Of a DNA stretch of 64,000 bases, positions 30,496 to 43,599 are shown in pieces. Position numbers and translations under genes: made by a program. The notes under the pieces were generated by a model. That model did not search any database. It was not told where the DNA came from and was given only the letters and a program-made list of their open reading frames with translations. The stretch is from Podarcis liolepis. Taxonomy: Eukaryota. Each line of letters begins with the position of its first letter. The stretch's first letter is position 1. Location: assembly GCA_965112155.1 (NCBI GenBank), contig OZ218101.1; one strand, written 5' to 3'.

Positions 30496-32118
30496 ATCAT
30501 GTTTGGTCTTTTTCTTGGTGACAAAATGTGTGTCTCCTTTTTCATTGTTAATCTGGGGTGTCTCACTGCAATCAGTAATGATTAAGTGCCACAGATGCAA
30601 GTTTCTAATAGAAGCAGCACATTCTATTCTAATAGAAGCAGAACATTTAGCTAGGAAAGGCCATTATATGGAACAGCCCTTTTAGCTGTTCTGCTTGGTT
30701 CCCCAGACCTAGTGGCCTGTTTTGGTTCAGGTTTTCTTAAATGTGGGGATGTTGTTCAAGTGGTGGGTCTTCCTTCCACCTGCAGAAAAATGGCTGCTTG
30801 ATAAGATAATAGGTTTTGCCCCAAACCCTTTTCCTCCCAAACATCTGATCAGTGGTATGTGGATTTAACCCCTTGCAGAACGATCTTGCACGCCATTCAG
30901 AGTTTTGACACCAAAACACTTTCATAGTCGGAATTCACCCCAATATATTTCCAGAATTATATGTTTTATGTCCATATAGTAATTGAAGGGTGTGAAAAGG
31001 GAATGTGTGGTTTTAATTAGCCCAAGTGCCCTTTTCAATTCAGAGGTGCTTGAATGTTTATTATTAAATCATTAAAATACAATTTTTCTATCTTTAAAAT
31101 AATGACTCCAACAAAGAGAGAGTAGTATATTGATAGAATAGGGTGGTGCTACTTAATAAATGTGGAACAGATCTCTGTTTAAACAAAGCACCTGAAACTT
31201 CAGCATTCACACAACTCAACCAGCATTAAACTACTTAAAGGTGGAATAAAATGCTGAAATAAAGTTGTGTCCACACCTGGTACAGGAAGGTACTTAACCC
31301 CTGAGATTTCTGCTGGAGTAAGTGACTGCAGATGGGGAAGGTAACTTCCAATACAGAAAGCACAATCTTCCAAAAGTCGTTTTGAAAACAGCAGCTCAGA
31401 CAAATTGAGAATGGTTGGAGATTATAGGGTGTCAAGCTTTAAAAAGCTCTGTAATTGAAATGTGATTTTCACAATCTTAACTTGGAAGTTTAGTTTGATT
31501 TACTGTTCTTGGCAATATAAAATTTAGCAGAGCAGTTTGCAATGTAATTGCACGATACAACAATGGAAGAAGGAACAAAATTAAGACGTGATAAAAGCCT
31601 GGGAAGACAAGTCTGGGAAGCCATTAAAGTATTTGTCTCATACAAATGGTGCATTGAGTTGAAAATTATGTGAATTAAGCTGGGTTTTTATGGTAAGAAC
31701 TCTTAACCCACCCCCTCAGTAACTAAAGTGTTTGGGGATAGGGCTGGCAGCTCTCTAATACACTGTCAACCTGGTGCCCTCCATATATTTTTTACTATAT
31801 CCATCCCTTGACACCTTGCTGTCCCCTGTTCACCTGGAATAAGTACTACAAGGCTCCAGAACAGGAACATTCCTCTTAGGGGATGTGAATCCACTGCAAC
31901 ATTGTTACATATTGCACTTGTATTAATGTACTATGGAAGTGGGTGCAGGCTGTGCCTTGTGTTGCTGGTACATCAAGTGGGGGAAATAGTGTGGGTTTCT
32001 TTTTCTGGTTAAAAGAAATATATATTGGGTATAATAAAAAGATAATTCCCTAGATGCCTGAGATCTAGGTTTGGGGCAAGTACTCTGGTGAGAGAACCTC
32101 AGCAGAGATTTAAATATG

Positions 32119-32345
32119 GTCATACCTTGGCTCCCCAACACCTTGGGAGTCGAACGTTCCCGTTCCCAAACGATCAAAACCCATAAGTGACTCATTCTTT
32201 TGGAAGCCGGACGTCTTGACAGGTCTTCTGATTGGCTGCAGGAGCTTCCTGCAGCCAATCAGAAGCCGTGCTTTGGAAATCAAATGTTTCGGAAGTCAAA
32301 CAGAATTCCAGAACGGATTCTGTTAGACTTTCAAGGTACGACCGT
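32119..32345. mobile_element. Degenerate Tigger/mariner-type MITE
   Basis: Inverted ends GGTCATACCTTG / CAAGGTACGACC near TA flanks. Confidence 0.55.
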
Positions 32346-33450
32346 ACAGCAAAGGAAAGTGGATAGAGCAGTAGACCTTTAAAATAACCCCTCGGTTGCT
32401 TCTAAAGTTCTCCACTTCTCTTAGCATAGAAAAAGACCATGTGTTTGGTAAGTTAAAGATGGTTTACTTACAGACTCTTCAAAGATCAGATTCGTGTGCT
32501 TTTCCATAGAGCAGTCAGAAAAGACAAGCGGTAAGACTGGAGATCCAAAGTCGTGAAAGTTCCTAAAGTATAGAAACACAAGGATGGCTTGCTTAAGTCA
32601 CATGGTCTAAGCTAGAGGTAGAGTTCGCATGATGGAATGGAAGAACAAAGGCTTTATCACCTTCCTAATGTGAGGGGAAGTGACCTAGTTAAACCTGGCA
32701 GGACAGCTTACTCTATGGTCTTAACCCTTTCATGCATTAATTAGGCTTAAGCCTAATTCTCCCACAAATACTGGGTGCAGATGCACCGAAAAGCACAAAC
32801 ATGCAAGTTAATGTTTCAACAACAGAACTTTGCCTTTTGCTCCACCCTCCCCCAATCTGGAAGGCATGCTGAGGCAGGGAGAGCAAATAAACTGCAATTG
32901 CATGACTGCAGCTGATGGCCACAGTCTGCACTATGCAGCAGGTTGGTTGTGCAACTAGTGCATGCTAAGAGAACAGCATCTGGCACCAGAAATGTTTGTT
33001 ACTTCAGCCCTGGTGGCTGGACAGCATTTTCCCCACTGCACCTGTGGGGGCATTGTTCAAAGATGGGGGGGGCACATTTCTGTCCCAGCCTCTGCTTTCT
33101 GAGGTGGCTGCCTCACTCAGCTCAATGGTAGATCCAGTTCTACTGCTATGTGTTGTGGTTCAGATTATGGCAGGCAGCTGAGTTTTGAGACTTTCCCTTG
33201 ATAGGAGAAGTCAGGTGTGTGCCTTCCTCAGTCACTGTGTATGCTAAAATCATAAGCTTGCCCTCAAACATAATTATATGCCTCTCCTTATGTAACTAGC
33301 ACTGGGCGAGGGTTGTTTTCCTTTGTAATGCTGGGGATGGCTGAGGGCCAGCTCCTGTCTGATTTTTGGGGGGTGTGAGGGGAATAAAAGCTGATGGATT
33401 TGTCAACAATCCAGGAGCTTTATGGAACAAGACAAATTCATCCGTCTCTG

Positions 33451-33597
33451 CTAATCCTCCCCTGATACAGAGGATTTTCCTGCCATTAAATGATAGCTTT
33501 TGAGAGCAGAGAAAATGCCAGCCTTTCAGAGATGCTGCAACAGAGCTAACCGCAAGCTTCAGAAGAAAAAAGGACAACACAGACATTCCCCTGTCAG
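33451..33597 (+). promoter_or_regulatory. NYX: Probable NYX promoter and non-coding first exon: OTX2/CRX-type CTAATCC at 33451-33457, donor CAG|GTAAGG at 33597/33598
   Basis: K50 homeodomain motif typical of retinal genes, upstream of a strong donor that precedes the ATG exon. Confidence 0.5.
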
Positions 33598-34101
33598 GTA
33601 AGGGAGGCAGGTAACCAGTCCTTTAGGTGTTGGTGGAGGAAAGTATCTGTGGCTGGTTACATATAGCCATACATTTACATTATTTCCAGTCCACTTCATA
33701 TTTCAGTGTGATGTATTGGGCATCACACTGTTTTGGGCATCACATCAGACTGTTGTGTGATGTATTGGGCATCACATCAGACTGGGCAAGTAGGATCGCA
33801 ATCCAATGCACAATTTTTTGGGAGAAAGTCCCATTGAATTTAGAGGGAATCCAATTCACTCTGAAAATAAAGATGCGAAGGATTGGGTTGCTGGTTGGAA
33901 AGGTTTGTGGAAGAAACCAGCGGAAGGGAGATCAGTTGTGCTTTCAGACAGAGGATGAAAAAAACATATTATAAGCAGTACATTTTTAAAAAGAAAGGCA
34001 AAGGACAATTGCAAATCAGAACTGTATGGCATAGTTCCCTGTTTTTGGTCTGCTTTTAGATTTTGGAGGACCTGCGATGCCACAAGCAACTAGTCAGGGT
34101 A

Positions 34102-34123
34102 ATGTTTGTCATCATTTTAAATG
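34102..34123 (+). CDS. NYX: NYX first coding exon (MFVIILN + G; exon 34060-34123)
   Basis: ttttag| acceptor at 34059, ATG 34102, G|GTAAGT; 22 coding nt in phase 1, matching the next exon and completing a signal peptide. Confidence 0.85.
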
Positions 34124-36727
34124 GTAAGTAGACTTTTCATTCCACAAAATTTTACAGCAATTTCTAAAGCTAGTAGTGTGTAGTTCTTTTATTTTGAAAG
34201 AGTTAATTTATGTTAAGCACCCACTGTAGGGAATTTATCAGTTTTTGGAGTCAGATTTTTCAGCATAAAGGTACAGGACTGGATCATTTGCCAATTATTA
34301 CAACATCTGTCATTTTTCTGCTATGCTGCCCTTTTACTTCAGTCATATCTGGACACCAGCAATTCCCCTTTTGTTTAATCTATTACATTGATTAGTTTTT
34401 GTGGTTCTTTGAAGAAAAATATGGACCATGAACTCTGAGGAAATTGTATCCCTCTGTGGACTCTACTTAATTATGTATTAACTGTCTTTCTGTGTAAAGA
34501 CAGTATGGCGGCTGTCTTTTAAGCTTATTCCTTTCTTTGGATACCTAAAATGGATACTTGCTACAAATGTCAAATTGACATTTGGGATTTGAAGAACTTT
34601 TCAGCATTTTGTGTGGCTTAATTTGTGACTTTGATTAGGGACAATTTTATGAAAAATAAAAACACTGCCCATTCCCTGCTATACTGAGGCAAATTAGAAT
34701 AAAGTGGGGATCCAGTTTACAGTGGGGGGGTGGGGATTATTTACCTCAGTTTAGTGCTCTTTTGACTTAGTTTATCCTTCCTTCTCTTGCATGGAATAGC
34801 TAAGCCCTTCAGGTAATGCATACTTAATTCTGGGTGACACAGTTTTGCGTTAATAATGCCTAAATAAACAGTAGACTAGAGCTGTGCAGATAGATGATTT
34901 GATGGTGGACTATTGCATTGTGGTCATTAAAGCTGACTTACACACAATACACAGACTAGCGTTGATGCCTTTTAGTGAAGGGGAAATGATCAGAAAGTGT
35001 TATGCAGCAGGCTTTATTTTACTGCAGCTGTAGGCCTTCATGTTACCACCCTTTATGTTCCTAAGTACCAAAGATACATCTGTGTAGGAGAAAGCAGTGT
35101 TTCTTACCATTTATTAACATAAATGATGGTGTGTGTTTTTTAAAAAAATCCCTTTAAAATGTCCTCCCCTCCACCCCAAGTACTTGACTGATTATTCCTA
35201 TTCAAATTTTTAAGGCAGGACTTATAGCAGGGATAGGGAGCCTAGAGCTCTCTAAATGTTGTTGGACTACAACTCCCATCATTTGCTGATCATTGGCCAC
35301 GCTGGTGATGACTGATGGGAGGTGGAGTCCCAACAACATCTGGAGCAAGGATGGGGACCCTTTTTAAGGGGCCATGGTGGGGGGGGGCAGAGGCAAAAGT
35401 GTGCAGAGCAATGCGTTCCAACATAGCACGAGTGGGTCTATGTTTCTCCTTCCCTGTGTGCCCCCAAAAATCTGCTTTGGAGGGTTGGCAGTCTCTCGCA
35501 AGCAGATATTGGTGGGGGCACAGTGGGGAGAAGGGAAATCAGAAGTCTTGTTGCACAAGCTGATTTCCATTATGCAAGCAGATCAATATCATTAGGTGTT
35601 GTCCGCTCACTATTCAGTAAGCGTGTGTAGCATCCAAGCTTCACAGAGAGGACTTTTAGAAAGGCTACAAGCACACATTTATTAATTACATGTTGCTTTA
35701 TAAATGTATTTTGTTCTGGGGGATAGTCCATTAGCAAGTTTCAAGCAGCACCTAGAATCCTAGACACGAAATGATTCTCAAACGACAAATCAGGACAGTC
35801 AGTTTGGACACATTTCCACCTCTCCAGATAGTCATTAAAAAGTGGTCCTGAGTGCAAGTATCTGCCTGAGTGAATGTGACATACCACTGACACCTTGTCC
35901 AAGTCCTTGATGGTTTCTGGAATTAATATTATTAATAATAGTGGAGTGGTATTCTAACTCATTCCCTCGGTGCAAAGATTACCGCTAGCGCAACGGGACT
36001 TTCTTCCTCTTCTCCCTTGCACCCTCCCCAAATCTGGAGTATTGAGGGGAACCTTTGGACAGATTTAGCAGGGACTTGTCCCACTGAAGGCAGAAGACCA
36101 AACTTTGAACTCGTTTTAATTAGTTTGCTCTTAAAAGCTGAGTACATTTTTGGCCCAATACCACATGTTTGTGTTTGGTTGCGAAGACCTGCTAGCTTTT
36201 ACTGCTTATACTCCATTAACTTGTGTTTAAAAAATTGTTTGCCCAATGCTTGAAAATGTGGGGCCCTGTGAGCAGATAAGCTGACACAAGGACCCTGTAA
36301 TATTGCAGTGACATTGATGCCTTTAAACTCTCATCACCTGCCATGATGACAATCTTATCGGTTGGCTAGCCTGCCCACAGTGTGCACTTGAGAAGCCTCC
36401 CCATTCACAACCAATAATTTTAGTTTCTCCTCGCAATCGAGAGAGTCCTAGGCTTAGTTCCAGCTGCATCCCTTAAATACAGTTCACAGGAACAGAGAAA
36501 ACTTACTGATGGGAAGAGGATGGGAAAATGCCTTCATTATGTAAATTGGGGGCAAGTCTCTCCCTTGAAAGGATCCCAAAGAAGAACCTATTGGATGTGA
36601 TAGTGAAGCTTTCTCATGCCACAAAATTTGTAGAGCTTATTGAGATTCTGCGAAAGTAAATCAGCTTCTTGAAACTTAATAGGACCCTTCCACAGCTGGT
36701 GTTTGTCTCAGCAACTAGTCACTCAAT

Positions 36728-37124
36728 CCCAGTACATTTCTGGGCTCAATTCAAAGTGTTGGTGCTGACCTTTAAAGCCCTAAACGACCTTGGCCCAGTA
36801 TACCTGAAGGAGCGTCTCCACCCCCATCGTCCAGCCCGGACACTGAGGTCCAGCGCTGAGGGCCTTCTGATGGTTCCCTCACTGTGAGAAGTGAGGTTAC
36901 AAGGAACCAGGCAAAGGGCCTTTTCAGTAGTGGCGCCTGCCCTGTGGAACGTCCTCCCTGCAGATGTCAAGGAAATAAACAGCTACCTGACATTTAGAAG
37001 ACATCTGAAGGCAGCCCTGTTTAGGGAAGTTTTTAATGACTGATGTTTTAATGTATTTCTAATCTTTTGTTGGAAGCTGCCCAGAGTGGCTGGGGAAACC
37101 CAGCTGGATGGGTGGGGTATAAAG

Positions 37125-37192
<68 letters not shown>
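36728..37192 (+). mobile_element. L2-clade LINE 3' fragment with (ATTT)n(ATT)n tail in the NYX intron
   Basis: PVHFWAQFKVLVLTFKALNDLGPVYLKERL resembles an L2 ORF2 C-terminus; microsatellite tail. Confidence 0.75.
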
Positions 37193-37193
<1 letters not shown>

Positions 37194-37306
37194 GCAAGAT
37201 CCATTCATTATATAAATATTGTGTTGTGATACTGTGAGTGTTCACTAATATCTGATTTCTCTCTTTCTCTCCCCCCGCTTCCCTTGCTGGTACACTTCCT
37301 TGCCAG

Positions 37307-38709
37307 TCCTTCTCTGCATCCCCCCTGTTCACTGTGTGTGGGCCTGTGTCCGCTCCTGCCCCACCAGCTGTGTGTGCACTCAAGAGAGGAGTTGTGCCAT
37401 TCTTTGTGACCGTGCTGGTTTCACACAGATCCCTAAAGAGTTTCCCTGTGAGGCCTACTCTATTAACCTGGATAAAAATAGCATCAAATTCCTCGCTGAG
37501 AGGGCATTTGGTACCCTCCCATCCCTCAGATCTCTCTCATTAAGCCACAACAACATATCCTTCATCACTCCTGGTGCTTTCAAAGGGCTAGCCAGCTTGA
37601 CGGAACTAAAAATGGCCCACAATGAATACATTCAGTATTTGCACACAAGGACTTTCATTTCACTCAAGAGGCTCGTCAGACTGGACTTAGCGGACTGCAA
37701 CCTTTTCAACATCCCAGACAGGATTTTTATAGAGCTTCCAGCTCTTCAGGAACTCTTTTGCTTTCAGAACAACTTCAAAAGGATTCCAGGAGCGATACGA
37801 GGGATGGAGAATTTGACCCATGTTTATCTGGAGAAAAACAAGATCGAAGCTGTGGCTTATAATTCTCTCTTGGGTCTGACCCAGCTGAAATATCTCAATC
37901 TGCAAGATAACAGAATAAACGTGATTCATGACAGAGCTTTTCAGTACTGTCAGAAATTGGAGTATCTTTATTTAAATGACAATGTCCTCAGTGACCTCCC
38001 TGATAACTGTTTTGACGGCCTAAGACGTCTCAACATGCTTAATCTTGGCGGCAATTTACTTCGAAATGTCTCTAATACATGGTTCCAGGACCAGTTAGAG
38101 CTGGAAGTTTTGTATTTGGACAGGAACAGGATTAGCCACATTGAGGAAGGGGCTTTTGAAAACCTCATAAGCTTGGTGTCTTTGCACTTGAACAGTAACA
38201 ACCTAACCACCTTGCCTTTCTCAGTCTTCCAACCTGTCTACTTCCTAGGAAGACTCTATCTTTTCCGGAACCCCTGGGAATGCGACTGCAGGATTGAGTG
38301 GCTGAAGGAATGGATGGAGAACTACAGACTTGTTAGGGATATTCCTTGTGCCTCCCCATCCTCTGTGGCCGGTCTTGACTTAACTGATGTTTCTTTCGAG
38401 AGAACGCCTGAAGGTTTTTGTCTTGACCCAGAGGAGCTAAATGCCACAACTTACAATCCTTTCGCAACCGCAGAACCACAATCTACCACAGAGAACAAGT
38501 TCAACAGCCTTATCTCTAAATTCCTGCTCCAGAAGGGCCTTTCGGAAGAAGTAGGAAACACCACAGAAGCTTTTGTCAACACAACCTTGTTAGATGGATT
38601 GACTAATGAGGCATCTTTAGGACTAGGGGAATGCAATATCAGATTCGTATGTTATCTAAATCTTTGGATATTGTTTAGAACTACTAGAAGTTCTATACCC
38701 TCTGTATAG
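37307..38709 (+). CDS. NYX: Nyctalopin main coding exon (LRRNT, LRR array, LRRCT; 474 aa total)
   Basis: Long pyrimidine tract plus cag|; WACVRSCPTSCVC...CDRAG N-cap, LxxLxLxxN repeats, NPWECDCRIEWL C-cap; synteny with DDX3X and CASK. Confidence 0.96.
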
Positions 38710-39589
38710 TGTTTTGTACAGGATAGAATGTTAAGTACCACCTTCAGACATAGATCAGGTACAAAAGGTCTCTGTGGTTTAGTGCATATTTAGACCTAGT
38801 GATCTACTTTGGGCCCATCTTTCAAAATAGGTTTAGGTTCACAGAGGCAGAACTCATTTATAAAGCGCTTTATAATTTTATAATCTGTCACACTGAGTGA
38901 GTGTGATTCCTGTCATTAGTCTCCCATAAGAGTGACTCTAAAGTAAAGCTGCAGTAAAATTAATCCAAATTCACAATGAATTGAAAGAAGGTTGGCAGGA
39001 ACATGATTGCTGTTCATATTTTATAATCAGACATAGCTTAATAAGGAAGACAGAAAACAATATGTATGGTGATATGTACTGAAAAAAATAGATAATGGAC
39101 TTGCAGCTTTACTAAGGGATTTGGCAAGACATTCTGGTGGTTCTTACATATAGGATGCTATTGTCATGGAACAAAAAAGGGTGATGGTGTTCTGCAGCTA
39201 TTAAAAGGATCAGAAAAACATAGGGATCAGTTTCTCTGTATGAATCTCTTACACCTGAGGGGAACCTATTTAACAAGACTAAAGCATAATAATCCAGATA
39301 TTAGGGATGGGGTTTTTCCCTTTTTCTGCCATGTTTTTTATAAACACACTTCACAAATATATATCCATGTTTAAACAAGACTTTTCACTTCCTCTGCTAG
39401 ACCTGATTCCTCTGCTTACTATAGGGAGAGCATTTCACCATTGCTACCACACACTGTACTTGCCATACCTGTGAGCCTGGCAGTGTTGAGAGAGAGGCCT
39501 AACAACTGCCACCGTCCCATTCCATTATCTTCAGGGGACAGCAATGGAAGCTCCTCTTAACACCCATGATAGCTACATGGAATTACTAC

Positions 39590-39828
39590 TATTAAGTAGT
39601 GGGTTGACAAAGCAGATGACACAGAGATTCCTCCAAGCAGTTCTTTATAAGTAAGCTGGAACTGAACTGAACTGAACACAGCTCAGCCGGCCTGCTTTTA
39701 TAGCCAGCCAGCTGTCACACTGTAACAACAACCCAGGGTTTCCCGCCTAAATTAACTGACGTGGACCTGAGTGAAAACAATATACACAATACCCCTGGTG
39801 GCCAGGGTGAGCACTTCAATACATAACA
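39590..39828 (-). mobile_element. Small solo LTR
   Basis: 5-bp TSD ACTAC; termini T(A)TTAAGTA...TACATAACA; minus-strand TATAAAA. Confidence 0.6.
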
Positions 39829-41019
39829 ACTACTATATCAGATGCTAGGAATTAAAAAAACACACACGGGAGGAGCACCACACTCATGTCCTAACTATAA
39901 GCTGGCTAGCTTCTGTGGGAAAGAAGAATGCTGGATTAGATGGAGACAATTGACTTTTACCAAGATGGAGCCACAAATGCAGTTTAAGGCAAGCTGCTCC
40001 TTTGCTCCCACAGCTGCTGTCACACCCATTTTTACAGAAGACCTGCTTCTGTAAAGGCCACAAATGTTGACACTGCCACAATCATTTCTGCTTCCAAAGC
40101 TGACCTCTCTCATTTCTCAACATTAGCTGGAGTGCCATGGTCCGAATTGTTCTCCCCTCATGATAGCCACACTTTGCAGAAACAAGGGAAATAAAATTCT
40201 GGCAGCTTTATAAAGAAAGGCTGCTAACATTCTTCTTCAAACAACGCATAATGAACATACAGAACTCACAGCCGTGAGGTGTGCTGACCACCATTAGTTT
40301 CGATGGGTTAAAAAAAAAAATCTGAATTGACATATTGACAGCTTTTACCTGTGATAGCTAAACATAATCTCTATGTTCAGTTGCAAGATACTTCGAAAAC
40401 ACATGGGTATATTAGAGATAAAAAAATAAGAGAAGGCCACCACCATCTTCATGCCCAGTTTTTGAGCTTCCAGAGACATTTGGCTGACTGCTTTTGGAAG
40501 AAAAATGTCTGAATACATGGCCTTCCCACCAGGGGTGTTGTTATGTTCTGATGCAACAACCATGACATGAATTAAAATATTTAATTTGTCATAGTGATCT
40601 CTCCCAAAATTACATTTTCACTTCAATTAATTTCTTCAATAGTCATCTCCCACCCTGATTTTCCCACTAAGTAGTGTTACTTGTCATGATCTTTGTTTTC
40701 AAAATTGCTTTTGTCTCATTACATCCAGTCATTTCAGCTCTCCTTCAGACTTTGTCCACTGGGCTGTGGGTGAACTCAAGGGAGGGGGAGGGGAGGGGGT
40801 AAGCCCCTGACTCTTCACAGGTGCTGAGCAAGCCAGCAGTCCTCTCCACCAAATAGAAGGGACTTGGACAAAGCAGGGTATGTAGCATATATAATGTAAA
40901 TAAAATTAAAATGGGCAGGGACAGCTGCTATGCTATGGGCAGTGGCTACTCAGGTCAGTAAGCCATTTGCCCCTGCCTCCATCATCCCTACCTCTCCTCT
41001 GTGAAGAACAGCTCAGGAC

Positions 41020-41420
41020 CACAATACCTCAAGGACCACCTCTTTCCATAGGAACCTACCAGGACCCTGAGATCATCTTCTGAGGCCTTTCTTCGTGTGC
41101 CTCTTCCTCGAGAGGTCTGGAGGGTGGCAACACGAGAACAGGCTTTCTCTGCATTGGCTCCCGTCTCTGGAATGCTCTCCCCAGGGAAGTTCGCCTGGCG
41201 CTTTCATTATACACCTTTAGGCACAAGGCAAAAATGTTCCTTTTAAACCAGGCCTTTGGTTGATTTGATTGACATCCTATGCCCTTTTAAAATGTGGGGG
41301 GTTTCTGGGGGGGGGTGTTATTGGGTTGTTGTTTTATTTTGATTATACATTTTGTGGTTTTATATTTTGATTTTATTCTGTGACCTCCAAGTACAGTGCA
41401 GTATATATCAATTCAAATAA
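41020..41420 (+). mobile_element. L2-clade LINE 3' fragment (approximate ends)
   Basis: Similar to the 36.7-37.1 kb fragment (YLK.HL...RTLRSSSE...AFS..AP.LWNALP). Confidence 0.65.
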
Positions 41421-41472
41421 CATCACCACAAGCAGCTATGTGGTACTCCTGAACTCCCTATGACAGAATTGT

Positions 41473-41611
41473 AGAATCACAGAATTGTCGAGTTGGAAGG
41501 GACCACGAGGGTCATCTAGTCCAACCCCCTGCAGTGCAGGAATCCTTTGCTCAATGTGGGGCTCGAACCCACAACCCTGAGATTAAGAGTCTCATGCTCT
41601 ACTGACTGAGC
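41473..41611 (-). mobile_element. tRNA-Lys-derived SINE with CR1-like tail (Squam2/POM-like); oppositely oriented copy at about 42058-42180
   Basis: Minus-strand GCTCAGTCAGTAGAGCATGAGACTCTTAATCTCAGGGTTGTGGGTTCGAGCCCC plus tail GGTCCCTTCCAAC...ATTCTGTGATTCT. Confidence 0.8.
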
Positions 41612-43599
41612 AAATCCTGCAAGTGCCATTTATGCAGCCACCACCTGGAGTCTCTTAACCCTTCAATTACATCTCAAATAGCACATAACAGGGCATTTAA
41701 TTATTATTCTGTTTTTTAAATTTGCTTTTAAATGGTTTGTTGTGCTATAGGCACTGAATATATATAGAAGTCTTTGCAGTGCTATAAGCTATACTGCAAG
41801 GAGAAAGACTACAGATACATATAAAAAATTATGAATGCCCCCCTCCTTAGAAAATGTCTGTACTCATACGTGCCTTTATAGGCATGGATATTAATTAGCA
41901 TTCATGAAGAAACCAAATCAGTGTGTAAGGTTTCCACTTGGAAAATATTATTATTCAGGGTTTCTTAAAAGCAGATTTTCCAACTGCACAATTCCCCATC
42001 ACTTAAAAAACCAAACAAACATAAATGAGTTCAAAGCATGCTTTTTCTGCTTGTTTACAAGGACTTGCATGGTTTGCAACTCCATGCCTACACGTTGGGC
42101 AAAATAAATTCCTGCATTGCAGGGGGTTGGACTAGATGACCCTTATGGTCCCTTCCAATTCTATAATTCTATGACTCTACACTCTGTAGCAATGACTGTT
42201 TCTCCATAGGAGTCAGCAGTTCTTATCTACTATGCAGTCTCTAACACAGGGCAATCCAATGGCCCTTGCACTAATATAAAGCCCAACTCAATATCACTTA
42301 CACTGGTGCAAGAGCCATTGTATCTTCCTGAAAGTTACCTGTATCTATTCTTTTTGCCCCATCAAACATGCGCTACCAAAGCTGGTATCTCTCAAACACG
42401 AGGGGGAGGAGGAAGAGGATCCTGGCAAGGGCTGGGACTGGGACACACTGGAGCAAGCAGGGGATAGGGAAGGAAGTACTCACGCGATGGCGAGGGGATG
42501 AGGGCCAATGCACAGGAACCAGGGCAGCAGGACCCAGAGCCAGAGCCAGAGGGGGGCTTGTCCCCACAAACATGTCAGGCCCTGAAGTGTAGAGAGCAGT
42601 GGGAGAGGCGTTGTAGGAGGCTGAGGCAAGCAAGGGCCTACAGCCCAGCTCCCTAGCTGGCCAGGTGGGACTCACTAGCTCTGGGAATGTGTGTGATTCC
42701 TCAGCTGGAGTGGGCTTGGCACAGGTGAGGGTCATCTGCCTCATCAAGCCCAGATGCTGCAATCAGCAGGCAAAGTACCAAAGGGAAGCAGAGAGGAAGT
42801 GCTGTGTCTGCTCAACTGCCCATGTTGGCGGACCTTGGCTTGAATGTTCCTGGACCTCAACTGTACTTTGCTTCAGGTTTGACTCTGGACTGTATCCTGA
42901 TATCAGACATTTTTACTTGGACTGTGTTTCCTAACCTTTGGACTTGGTGTGGCTTGATCCCTGGACTTTGAACGTGACTTGCTTGCCAGGTAGGTCAGGA
43001 CACTCCCTGTTTCTCACGTTTGTGTGAGGTGGGGGAAGGAGAGAAGGAAATTGACAAGTGGAGCTTTCATTCAAGAAAACAAAACAGCCAACAAACCAAA
43101 CAATGTTCATTGATGAAATATTTGGCGTTGTGTTGAGAGTGTGTCTTTCATGGCTTTGAGAGAAAAGATCAATTTTTTTGCAGGGCTGCCAAATTACAAG
43201 TGCACTGCTATGATCCTCGCCAGCGTACGCACTCCACCCAATGAATCACTGTGCTCAACAGCTGTGGAGCGGAAATGATCCTGAGGGAAGGGAAACACCT
43301 CAGGTCTTGATTTGGGGGGGTGAGGCAGGGAAAGAAGATGCAACGTCTCTTTCCCTTCCCCTCTTCTTGACTTAAGGGTTCAAAATCCCTAATTAAGCAT
43401 TAGCCCTGTCCTCAAACTTGTTTAGGACAGTACCCTGCCCTTTCTCCCAGAGGAGTCCAGGGTGGTAAACAAGTGATAAAGCAATAAAACATCTTAAAAA
43501 TATTGCATATGCAGACAAGGCAATATCTCTGCTTAAAAGGGCTCAGTAAACACATACACCTAATGTCCCTGCCCCGATTTTCCCAACTGCACTTTTTTG

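Noticed and set aside
37300-37306. ORF-track start of NYX at TTG 37300
   Set aside because: Intronic pyrimidine tract and acceptor; the ATG is in the upstream exon at 34102.
41540-41611. tRNA-Lys-like sequence (other tRNA-like heads near 850-908 and 3140-3200)
   Set aside because: Degenerate and fused to LINE-derived tails, so these are SINE heads rather than tRNA genes.
42573-43002. TG...CA-bounded LTR-like segment
   Set aside because: No target-site duplication found, so it could not be delimited confidently.
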